A DNA stretch of 64,000 nucleotides from Parcubacteria group bacterium Gr01-1014_20. GTDB taxonomy: Bacteria; Patescibacteriota; Minisyncoccia; UBA6257; 2-01-FULL-56-20. The position numbers and the translations under genes were made by a program. Positions within the stretch are counted from its first letter, which is position 1. The number at the start of each line of letters is the position of its first letter. This document shows, piece after piece, positions 10,219 through 17,594 of this stretch. The notes under the pieces were generated by a model. It searched no databases. It was not told where the DNA came from and saw only the letters and a list, made by a program, of their open reading frames with translations. The stretch lies in the NCBI GenBank assembly GCA_007376265.1, contig VMFW01000009.1, positions 70,592 to 134,591 of the forward strand, written 5' to 3'.

Positions 10219-10450
10219 CCTATGGGCAAAAGTTGTGAAAAAATATGGAGAAGCACTTCCCTATGTGCTTTTGTAAAATTACGATTCTCGAACAAATATC
10301 GAGATTGTAGATTGTACAAGATAAGTAGTTTTAAGTCAACAGACGGGGTTCAAAACAGGTGGAAAAATTGCCCGCACTAAAAAGCGGGAGTTTGACTTAC
10401 TGGGGAGACAAGGATTAGCCTGATACTAGAACTTTAAAAAAGGAGGGCAA

Positions 10451-12499
10451 ATGGGTTGGTCAAGGCGAAGAACGAGAGATGTGCTCACATTACCGTTGGA
10501 TCTTTTTCCGGAGGAAAGACTAATTCCAAGCGACAAGATAAGGTCGCTCACCGATGAAGGTTTTAATTTTTTGGACCCGGACTTAATTCAACTTAGAGAT
10601 TACCAAGCCGTGGCCACCGGAATTATCCTAGATGGGAAAAACTACGGGTTGAACCTTGAAACCGCGGACGGTAAAACCATCGTGGCTTTCATTGTCGCAG
10701 ATCGAAAGCTGGAAAAAGGCCAGGTGATTCTCTTGGCGCCCCACACGGCTTTATGTGGCCAGCATCACGAGAGAGCCAGGGGCAGATTCAAGAAAATCGA
10801 TCCGGAGCAAATCAACCTGGTGACGGGAGATACGCCAGAAAGGTTGAGACCTGGAATTTATGAAAGGTCTAGGATCGTTATTGCTACGCCACAGACTTAT
10901 TTAAACGACCTTCGAAAAGGGGCGGCAAATCTGAACGGTGTTGAGATAATCATCTTGGACGAGATGCACATGGCGGCAGAAAATTATGCCTACGTCCCGA
11001 TTGCCCAAATGGCTTATGAGCGAGGCATTCAGATTCTCGGACTGACCGCATCGGCTGGAGGGACCAGGGAAAAGATAAACCGGGTTAAGGAGAACCTTCA
11101 CATTCACAGTTGGCTGAAACCTCCCTCGAGCAGATGGCGGCAAATCCGAGACCCCAGCCTTGAGGTAGTGCCTCTGGGCGAAGAGCTCGAGGAGGCGAAG
11201 GATTACCTGTGGGCGCTCTTGAATAAACTGTATCTCGAGATGGTTGAGATGGGCATCACCTCAAAACCTTTCCCCATCATGGCCGAACGTGACCTGAAAG
11301 AGATGCGAGCAAGGATTAGACGAGATATCGAAACCGTTTTGGATGACGAGATTAAGTACAGCCTTTATCGAGCGGCCTCAGTCTTTGCGAGCTATTACAA
11401 GGTCCTTAAACTCTTAACCTACCTAGTGACAGAAGGCTGGGAGGAGTTTGTAAAGTTCGCTTCAAAAATAGAAAAGGCTGACAATCAGGCCGGCGTAAGA
11501 ATTTTAGGCGATCCCCTTTTTGCCGCGACGACGGCAATCGTGGGCGACCTGATGCGTCGAGGCGTTAAACATCCTAAGCAGCAGAGGACCTTGGATGTTT
11601 TGGGCAATCTAAAGTCTTACGAAAAAGCCATCGTGTTCGCGAGATATATTCTTTCAAACCGAAGGCTCTCGGAGATACTAAACGAGGCCGGTATCCGGGC
11701 GGTGTCGCTCGTTGGGAAGAGTGAAATTCCCACCAAAAGACAGCTCGAAATCATTGAAAGTTTTGGCCGGGGGAATTACCAAGTGATGGTTTCAACGGCG
11801 GCTGGCCAGATGGGACTCGACATTGATTCAGTCGACATGGTGACTCACTATTCGGTTTGCCACACGGGGGTCGAAAAAATTCAAAGAGAAGGCCGGGGTG
11901 GACGCAAAAAAAGATGCCGAATCGTAAGCATCCTCATGGACCATCCACTCGATTGGATCCACCACCACTCTTCAAACCGTCAGGTGCGAACGATGACCCT
12001 TGAGGCGAAGAGAGATCGGGGAACGATTCAGGCAGAAGCGATTGAGTCGGCCGAACTCAACCATCCGGCAATTCAAACTTCAATTTTTTCTGGGCGACCG
12101 AAGAAAGAAACTGGATGGGTGCGTGATCTCCGACCGGGAGACTTAGTGCATGAGAGGTTTTTGGTCAGTTCGGTCGTGATAAAACAGAAGACCAAGTTTG
12201 GCCCGGCGGTGTGGATGAAACTCTCCGACAAGACTGGCACCATCCGGCTTTTTGCCAACTGCTCCGACATCGTTCAGGCTCAAGAACTAACCTGGAAAGT
12301 CAGTCGATCGAAAGAGGGCGTGGTTCACATTGTGATTGCCGAAGCTAGGGAACTGAAGAACGAATCCAATCCGAACGGAGAGGTAGTGCTCGTGGCCAAT
12401 TTACGCAGCGTGGATCATCGCCACCACATCGTAAGCTGTCCCGAGGGTGATTACCTTTCGGAAGATTATGTAAAAGTTGAGCCCCCAGACGATTTTTAA
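10451..12499 (+). CDS. SF2 DExH-box helicase with a C-terminal OB-fold-like domain
   Basis: Motif I ETADGKT, motif II DEMH, motif III TAS, motif VI QREGRGGR. Helical insertion between the RecA halves. C-terminal about 150 aa (GDLVHERFLVSSVVIKQKTKFGPAVWMKLSDKTGTIRLFAN) resembles an OB fold. Strong SD AAGGAGGG 6 nt before the ATG. Confidence 0.7.
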   Translation: MGWSRRRTRDVLTLPLDLFPEERLIPSDKIRSLTDEGFNFLDPDLIQLRDYQAVATGIILDGKNYGLNLETADGKTIVAFIVADRKLEKGQVILLAPHTALCGQHHERARGRFKKIDPEQINLVTGDTPERLRPGIYERSRIVIATPQTYLNDLRKGAANLNGVEIIILDEMHMAAENYAYVPIAQMAYERGIQILGLTASAGGTREKINRVKENLHIHSWLKPPSSRWRQIRDPSLEVVPLGEELEEAKDYLWALLNKLYLEMVEMGITSKPFPIMAERDLKEMRARIRRDIETVLDDEIKYSLYRAASVFASYYKVLKLLTYLVTEGWEEFVKFASKIEKADNQAGVRILGDPLFAATTAIVGDLMRRGVKHPKQQRTLDVLGNLKSYEKAIVFARYILSNRRLSEILNEAGIRAVSLVGKSEIPTKRQLEIIESFGRGNYQVMVSTAAGQMGLDIDSVDMVTHYSVCHTGVEKIQREGRGGRKKRCRIVSILMDHPLDWIHHHSSNRQVRTMTLEAKRDRGTIQAEAIESAELNHPAIQTSIFSGRPKKETGWVRDLRPGDLVHERFLVSSVVIKQKTKFGPAVWMKLSDKTGTIRLFANCSDIVQAQELTWKVSRSKEGVVHIVIAEARELKNESNPNGEVVLVANLRSVDHRHHIVSCPEGDYLSEDYVKVEPPDDF

Positions 12500-12513
12500 G
12501 TCTGGGGGTTTTT

Positions 12514-12600
12514 ATATGCGCTTCATTCACGGCGTAACCGCCGATGAAATCCCTAGGTTGCGCATATAAAAAAGCCGCCCCTCGAAAAGGCGGGGCGGCA
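12514..12600. terminator. bidirectional terminator region between the convergent helicase and cation antiporter genes (two hairpins)
   Basis: A 12-bp perfect stem ttttatatgcgc/gcgcatataaaa encloses an about 38-nt loop. It is followed by a GCCGCCCC/GGGGCGGC hairpin (12574..12599) flanked by A/T runs. Confidence 0.55.
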
Positions 12601-12606
12601 AGAGGT

Positions 12607-13647
12607 CTAGCTCGTGAACAAGAAGCAGACCATGATGGCAAAATAAAGTGCTAAGAGCATCACTCCCTCCGAGATCTCCCACTTGTCGTCGTGGAGAACC
12701 AGTAGGGTCGCAAAGAAGGTGGCGATGACGGCTCCAAGGGGAAGGCCGGCAAAGTGAAGTGTGACAGGATTGCCACAGATAACGCCAAAGAGGACGGCGG
12801 CTGGGGCGACCACCATGCCCACCTGGGAGGCCGAGCCGACGGCAATCGAAAGACTAAGCTCCGTCATGCCCTTTCGCGCCGCTACAACGGCGACAAAGTG
12901 TTCGGCGATGTTACCCAAGATCGGGATAAGGATGAAGCCGACAAATCCGGTCGAAAGTCCCAGGCTTGGGGCGACCGATTCGACTTCACCAACCAGAAGC
13001 TCACTCATCAGGAAGGCGCCGATTCCAGCGAGGATGATAACAAAGAAGGAAAAACCGGTGGACCAAGTTCCGTCCATCTTCTCTGATTGCTCTCGAACTT
13101 CCTTGAAGCGCTTGTCGGTCATAGATAAACGATAGAAGTAGACGTACGCGCAAGGGAGCATGAGGGCTAGGATGTAGCTCAAATCAACCTGGCCGACTTC
13201 AGAGATGTGCTCGTTGAAGAGCGTCGGCAGAAAGAGAGTCGCACAGACGAGGAAAAGCATCTTGAGTTGTAGCCAGGCCATGGCTTGGTTGTAGGTCAAG
13301 AGTCCATTTTTCCGGCAGCCGACGTAAATAGACATACCCATCACAAGCAACAGATTGCCCATGATGGAACCGGCAATCCCCGCTTGCACGAGATCAATCA
13401 TGTTTTTAGAGACCGCCACGTAGATGATGATGAGCTCGGCTAAGTTCGAGAGCGTCACGTTGATGAGCCCGGCTAACTGACCACCCAAGTGATCCGATAG
13501 ATGTTCGGTGGCGTCACCCAGCACCTTGCTCAAAAAGATGAGCGCGGCGGCGGACGCGAAGAACGTTAGAATCGGCAGATGGAACAGATAGTGGCTCGCG
13601 TAGGCCGTAGCCATAGACGCAGCTATCACAGTGATTATCTTTTTCAC
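12607..13647 (-). CDS. CaCA-family cation/proton antiporter (ChaA / Na+-Ca2+ exchanger-like)
   Basis: Two alpha-repeat motifs, GNLAELIIIYVAVSK and LGNIAEHFVAVVAARKG. About 10 TM helices. GTG start with a GGAGG SD. Confidence 0.75.
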   Translation of the reverse strand: MKKIITVIAASMATAYASHYLFHLPILTFFASAAALIFLSKVLGDATEHLSDHLGGQLAGLINVTLSNLAELIIIYVAVSKNMIDLVQAGIAGSIMGNLLLVMGMSIYVGCRKNGLLTYNQAMAWLQLKMLFLVCATLFLPTLFNEHISEVGQVDLSYILALMLPCAYVYFYRLSMTDKRFKEVREQSEKMDGTWSTGFSFFVIILAGIGAFLMSELLVGEVESVAPSLGLSTGFVGFILIPILGNIAEHFVAVVAARKGMTELSLSIAVGSASQVGMVVAPAAVLFGVICGNPVTLHFAGLPLGAVIATFFATLLVLHDDKWEISEGVMLLALYFAIMVCFLFTS

Positions 13648-13722
13648 TCCCCTCCTCCTTATGTTTTTCTTCCGTTATTTACGAATCAAAGTACAAAAAA
13701 CTCCAGTTTTACCTGTAGTTTG

Positions 13723-13731
13723 ATTATAGCA
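13723..13731 (-). promoter_or_regulatory. extended -10 promoter element (TGCTATAAT on the minus strand) upstream of the antiporter gene
   Basis: Reverse complement of gcattata. Lies 76 nt upstream of the antiporter start. Confidence 0.35.
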
Positions 13732-13763
13732 TACAATTTCAGAAAAGTCAAACGGTTTCGACT

Positions 13764-14663
13764 TCAATGAAGTTGGGGGGGGATTTCGCAGTTCAAAGCG
13801 GTTAAAATTTTTTGAATGATTTCGGGGTTTGGCTCTACGCATTTGCCGATTTCAATCGAGACGATGCAGCTTATGGATGTCTTTGCTTTCTCGGCCAACT
13901 CAAACTGGGTGAGACGAAGTTCAAGTCGCCGGGCGGTTAAAAACCCGCCTAGGGTTTTTGGGTTTCGGCCTACTTTAAATTTCCTCTTTACTCCCAGAGC
14001 GTGTAGTTCTGTGGCGTTGATCCCTAGGGCTTGAGCGATTTCATCGATCCGCTCTTTGTCCACACTCAGCCTAATTTGGCCAAGCTCGATGAGGCTAACA
14101 CCCGCCCGAGTCATGCCTATCTTTTCGCCTAATTTGGCTTGGGTCATATCTAACCTCTCACGATGATATCGAATAGCCTGACCAAGATCGCTCTGGGGAG
14201 TTTTGGTTCGTACGGATACAAACTCAATGAGCTCTGAAGGTGGTAGCTTCAAGGCTTTGGCCAAAGGATAGAGAAGGTAGAATTTTATGGTCGGGGTTTT
14301 GCCAATTTCTAGCTTCCTGGCCACTTTGAGTGGTACGCCCATTTGGGTAGCGAGTTCCAGGGGTGTTAACTCAAGCTCAGTCCTTCTTCGCTGAATTAGT
14401 TTGCCGAGATTGGTCTTCGGTTCGCCACGCCAAATGATAGGTCTTTCGGGGATTAGCGATCGAATATCCGATTCGGGGCGATTAATGAGAAGAGAGATAT
14501 TTTGTACCTGGACATCCGAAAGAAAGGAACGATCACCGGTTTCGGTTAGACTATAGACGGATCGATTCATGCCGAATCGCTTGGCCATGGATGTTTGGGC
14601 CAAACCAAGTTTGAGGCGCTCACTCCTTAGGAACTCTCCGAGTTTTGTCTTACATGGCACCAT
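13764..14663 (-). CDS. transcriptional regulator with four tandem XRE/Cro-C1-type HTH domains
   Basis: Four repeats of an HTH_3-like block (e.g. LGEFLRSERLKLGLAQTSMAKRFGMNRSVYSLTETG; LGQAIRYHRERLDMTQAKLGEKIGMTRAGVSLIELGQ). The track ORF extends to 14861, but that extension overlaps the upstream gene and its terminator; the start at M67 (14663) is preferred. Confidence 0.6.
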   Translation of the reverse strand: MVPCKTKLGEFLRSERLKLGLAQTSMAKRFGMNRSVYSLTETGDRSFLSDVQVQNISLLINRPESDIRSLIPERPIIWRGEPKTNLGKLIQRRRTELELTPLELATQMGVPLKVARKLEIGKTPTIKFYLLYPLAKALKLPPSELIEFVSVRTKTPQSDLGQAIRYHRERLDMTQAKLGEKIGMTRAGVSLIELGQIRLSVDKERIDEIAQALGINATELHALGVKRKFKVGRNPKTLGGFLTARRLELRLTQFELAEKAKTSISCIVSIEIGKCVEPNPEIIQKILTALNCEIPPQLH

Positions 14664-14770
14664 CCCGGTGCCAATAATTCGACCGGCTTTTGGCACCAAT
14701 GACTCCTTTTTAGTTGTTAACTTACTCTGGCTCAAACAGTAAAACAAGAGCTGGACATTGTCAAGAAAAA

Positions 14771-14795
14771 GCCCTCCGACGTTACGTCGGAAGGC
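14771..14795. terminator. palindromic intrinsic terminator, copy 2 of the family (GCCCTCCGACGTTACGTCGGAAGGC)
   Basis: Hairpin 2 nt after the stop of the CDF gene, flanked by AAAAA / TTT. Confidence 0.6.
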
Positions 14796-14796
14796 T

Positions 14797-15426
14797 TTAA
14801 TGAGAATGATAGACTTGCTTTTGTTTGGCGGCGCGAAAAAGATTGACGCTCCAGTAGGCAAAAACGATGGCGATCAGGATCGAGATAACAAGGTCAAAAA
14901 TCATAAAACCAGTTAGGGCAATCAGAATTCCGGCTGCGACCACGGCGACGCTCTGCCAGAGATCGGAGAGAATATGAACACTAAGACCGCGGTGGGTGAT
15001 GTCCTTAGAGTGGCTGGATTCAAGAACTCGGTGAGCTATGTAGTTTCCAAACCCACCGATCGTAGCCGTAACAATCAGGAGGCCGCTCAAAATTTGATCT
15101 TTGGAACCAAACCGTTCGATTGCTTCGAAAACAATCCAGGCGGCGACGGATAGCAAGAAGAGAGCATTCAGATAGGCGCCTCTTCTGCGCCACTTGTCTT
15201 CGTTCGCTCCCCTTCTGATGGCCAACTCGATCAGGATGGCGATTGTAATGACCAACATATCCTGGAAGACGTGAGCGGCATCGGAGAGGAGCGCAAGACT
15301 ACGAGAGGCGACACCACCGATGATTTCAACTATCAAAATTACGGATGAAATGCCTAAGACCAACCAGTAACGTTTTAGGTTGCAGTAACAGGGGCTGATC
15401 GCGCAACCCTGAAAGTGGCTTTGCAA
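14797..15426 (-). CDS. cation diffusion facilitator (CDF) family transporter, TM domain only (no C-terminal cytoplasmic domain)
   Basis: CDF signature SLALLSDAAHVFQDM in TM2 and HxxxD-like metal site in TM5 (ILSDLWQS). At 209 aa it is shorter than the typical about 300-aa CzcD/FieF. Confidence 0.6.
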   Translation of the reverse strand: MQSHFQGCAISPCYCNLKRYWLVLGISSVILIVEIIGGVASRSLALLSDAAHVFQDMLVITIAILIELAIRRGANEDKWRRRGAYLNALFLLSVAAWIVFEAIERFGSKDQILSGLLIVTATIGGFGNYIAHRVLESSHSKDITHRGLSVHILSDLWQSVAVVAAGILIALTGFMIFDLVISILIAIVFAYWSVNLFRAAKQKQVYHSH

Positions 15427-15502
15427 ACGAAACCTCCTTTATGGGGTTGAAGTCAAAGGTCTAGGTATCTTATAGAATGGTTTTAAGGCTTAAGCAAGAG
15501 AT

Positions 15503-15537
15503 AGAAAAAACCGGCGCATTTTTATGTACGCCGGTTT
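15503..15537 (-). terminator. intrinsic terminator after the 15543..15938 gene
   Basis: On the minus strand, stem aaccggcg/cgccggtt is followed by a T-run. Confidence 0.5.
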
Positions 15538-15542
15538 GGAAT

Positions 15543-15938
15543 CTACCAACCGACACGTGGATCGGCAGAACTTGGCGAATGGGGTTGTAGAATCATGAAA
15601 TGCCGTTCGTCTGGATCCCCCCAGGGTAGTTTCATTCGGACCTCAATACGCCGGCGACCCTGGTCGTCAAGAATCCACCATTGCCGAGATCGGATATCCC
15701 CGGGAGTCCAAACTTCACCTTCCGTGGACCAATCCTTTGGCAGAATTACTCCATCGAGACCTTTTAAGTCTCGCCGACCACAAAATTTGAAACCCCACTC
15801 TTTCAGGATTTCGAGCAACTGATCACTCTTAAGATTCGAACCAAGGAACATGATGTCGCCGACAGGAAGAACACAATCCCAAGTTTCTTTTGGTGGTTCC
15901 TCTAGCACGCGCCGAGCTAACGCAGCTAATTTTCCCAA
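15543..15938 (-). CDS. hypothetical protein
   Basis: 131-aa ORF with no recognisable motif. Confidence 0.4.
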   Translation of the reverse strand: MGKLAALARRVLEEPPKETWDCVLPVGDIMFLGSNLKSDQLLEILKEWGFKFCGRRDLKGLDGVILPKDWSTEGEVWTPGDIRSRQWWILDDQGRRRIEVRMKLPWGDPDERHFMILQPHSPSSADPRVGW

Positions 15939-16016
15939 AGTTTCCTCCTTTTAATGTTTGCTGATTTTCTAGCCGAAAATTAACACGAAGATATGTTTGT
16001 GTCAATTAGATTTTCT

Positions 16017-16210
16017 ACGTGTGCGCGGGACAGGCAATTGAACGTCGCTCATATCCATTCGCTCCCAATAGGGCTTCCGCCCTCTTGTCCTCGCTTACGC
16101 TCGGTCACCCCAACGGGGAAACACTAGCGTTTTTCCCCGACCCCCTTTCGTGTTCAACTCCTGTCCCTCAGGATAAAATTTGCACCGCAAAAGCGGTCCA
16201 AATTTTACAT
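16017..16210. repeat. degenerate tRNA-Leu 3'-end fragments (one direct, one inverted) adjacent to tRNA-Leu; possible att-site scar
   Basis: 16019..16042 (tgtgcgcgggacaggcaattgaac) copies the tRNA 3' end at 16211..16236 in direct orientation, with the first 15 nt identical. 16153..16168 (gttcaactcctgtccc) is an inverted copy of the T-arm/acceptor 3' strand. Neither folds into a complete tRNA. Confidence 0.5.
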
Positions 16211-16211
16211 G

Positions 16212-16294
16212 TGCGCGGGACAGGAGTTGAACCTGCATGCCCTTGCGGGCGCTACCACCTCAAGGTAGTGCGTCTGCCGTTTCGCCACCCGCGC
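16212..16294 (-). tRNA. tRNA-Leu(GAG), type II with long variable arm
   Basis: Minus-strand sequence GCGCGGGTGGCGAAACGGCAGACGCACTACCTTGAGGTGGTAGCGCCCGCAAGGGCATGCAGGTTCAACTCCTGTCCCGCGCA. Acceptor GCGCGGG/CCCGCGC, D-loop like the Leu consensus, anticodon loop CTTGAGGT (GAG), long variable arm, T-loop TTCAACT. CCA not encoded. Confidence 0.8.
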
Positions 16295-16341
16295 GTTATC
16301 AGGGTGATTCTAAACGATAGCACCCAAAATTTCAATAAAAA

Positions 16342-16362
16342 AGAGCCTAAGACTTAGGCTCT
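16342..16362 (-). terminator. intrinsic terminator overlapping the stop of the zinc-ribbon gene
   Basis: Perfect 9-bp hairpin agagcctaag-ac-ttaggctct, followed on the minus strand by TTTTTTATT. Confidence 0.5.
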
Positions 16363-16610
16363 TCGGAAGACAGGTGGAAAGATAGGTACGCTTTTTCATC
16401 GGGTACAAAGAAATAAGAAATACCGCAATTGGCGCAGTGGAAACCATCGGAAAATCTTTTAATCTGGTTTTGTGACCCTGGGCCAAATATGGGTGGGCCG
16501 GTACTCGGATCGTGACGACTCGAAAAGGATTCAACGATTTCACCAGCCTTGCAAACAACGCATTTGCGACCGGTTTTTACGTCATCGGGCTTAGGCGATC
16601 TGACTCCCAT
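16347..16610 (-). CDS. small zinc-ribbon protein (two CxxC pairs), function unknown
   Basis: Start chosen at M23 of the track ORF because of a strong SD (AAGGGGAGG, 4-nt spacer). Sequence MGVRSPKPDDVKTGRKCVVCKAGE...FHCANCGISYF. Confidence 0.5.
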   Translation of the reverse strand: MGVRSPKPDDVKTGRKCVVCKAGEIVESFSSRHDPSTGPPIFGPGSQNQIKRFSDGFHCANCGISYFFVPDEKAYLSFHLSSEEPKS

Positions 16611-16697
16611 ATTCCTCCCCTTGTTGAGTTTTAAAAATCTAAGGATAATTGAAACAGAAAAACCGCCCTTCGGCAAGCTCAGGACGGTTTCTTGTGG

Positions 16698-17000
16698 CTA
16701 GACCGAGACGCCGAGTTTTTTTCGAATAGTTCTGCCCGAAATGCCTCGAACAAAATAGAGCTTAGAGCGGTGAACTTTTTTGGGTGAGCTTATAATTAAA
16801 ACCTTGGAAAGACCGGGGGCGTGAATCGGGAAAACTTTTTCAACACCAACACCGGCCACAACAGAGCGGACCGTAAAAGTGGCGCCGATTTCTTTGCCGT
16901 GCTTTCTCGCAATCACCAAACCCTCAAAAGGCGTGGTGCCCTCGTAGACTTTAACTTTGCTCCCTGGTTTAATTTTATTGGCTATCTCTTCCTGAATCAT
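16698..17000 (-). CDS. rplS: 50S ribosomal protein L19
   Basis: 100-aa ORF; EGLVIARKHGKEIGATFTVRSVVAGVGVEKVFPIHAP matches the L19 core. Confidence 0.85.
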   Translation of the reverse strand: MIQEEIANKIKPGSKVKVYEGTTPFEGLVIARKHGKEIGATFTVRSVVAGVGVEKVFPIHAPGLSKVLIISSPKKVHRSKLYFVRGISGRTIRKKLGVSV

Positions 17001-17002
17001 GT

Positions 17003-17374
17003 TTATTTATTGGCAATTTCTTTGACGTGAGTTACAAGATCGTCAATCGATGTTTTAACTTTAACGAAATACTCAACCGCGCCCAGTCTTTTGACTTTAT
17101 CGATATCGCTATCCTGGCCGAGGTTGGAAAGAATCATAACGGGAATCCGACTAATTTGAGGATCAAGAGAAATGCTTTCCAAAAGCTCGAAGCCGGAAAC
17201 TTTCGGCATGATAAGATCCATAACAATTAAGTCGGGTTTATCTTGCTTCAGCAAATTCAAGGCCTCCTCGCCATCAAAGGCTTGGATGGCCGTGAATCCC
17301 TCTTTTTCGAGTCGAGCTTTCATGAGGGATGACAAAAAACGATCATCCTCAATAACCAGAATCTTTTTTCCCAT
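17003..17374 (-). CDS. stand-alone response regulator receiver domain (CheY-like)
   Basis: KILVIEDD ... phospho-acceptor D in LIVMDLIMP ... conserved K in VEYFVKVK. 123 aa with no output domain. Confidence 0.8.
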   Translation of the reverse strand: MGKKILVIEDDRFLSSLMKARLEKEGFTAIQAFDGEEALNLLKQDKPDLIVMDLIMPKVSGFELLESISLDPQISRIPVMILSNLGQDSDIDKVKRLGAVEYFVKVKTSIDDLVTHVKEIANK

Positions 17375-17414
17375 TTAGCTTATGTTAACACAAAGAAAAC
17401 CTGACCTCAATATT

Positions 17415-17439
17415 AAAAGAGCTTTTTAGTTGTCCCAAT
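17415..17439. repeat. 3' half of the pre-16S processing stem (pairs with 19150..19174)
   Basis: aaaagagctttttagttgtcccaat versus the reverse complement of attgggacaactaaaaaactctttt: 24 of 25 bp complementary, flanking the 16S gene. Classic RNase III stem; rnc is present in the window. Confidence 0.6.
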
Positions 17440-17594
17440 CCGGGCTCCATAATTTTAAAAAAATTCTTAAAAAATGGAGCGGTTTGTTAGCTAGATCTTC
17501 GCTTTTGGCCTCGAGAATCATGCCTTGCGGCATAAAAATTTAACCAAAAGCAAAAATCTATCGACACGATTTGAACCGAAGTTCAATCGTTTAG

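Noticed and set aside
14664-14861. N-terminal extension of the 4xHTH regulator ORF
   Set aside because: Overlaps the 3' end of the CDF gene and its terminator hairpin; the first HTH repeat begins right after the internal Met at 14663.
16019-16105. Possible second tRNA gene downstream of tRNA-Leu
   Set aside because: Only the 3' acceptor strand and discriminator are conserved. No complementary 5' acceptor strand, the T-stem cannot pair (CGTTCAATTGC), and there is no D-arm; interpreted as a degenerate fragment.
16019-16357. 112-aa plus-strand ORF
   Set aside because: Overlaps tRNA-Leu and the tRNA-fragment repeats; the amino-acid sequence is low complexity (Pro/Ser/Leu rich) and reflects the translated tRNA region.
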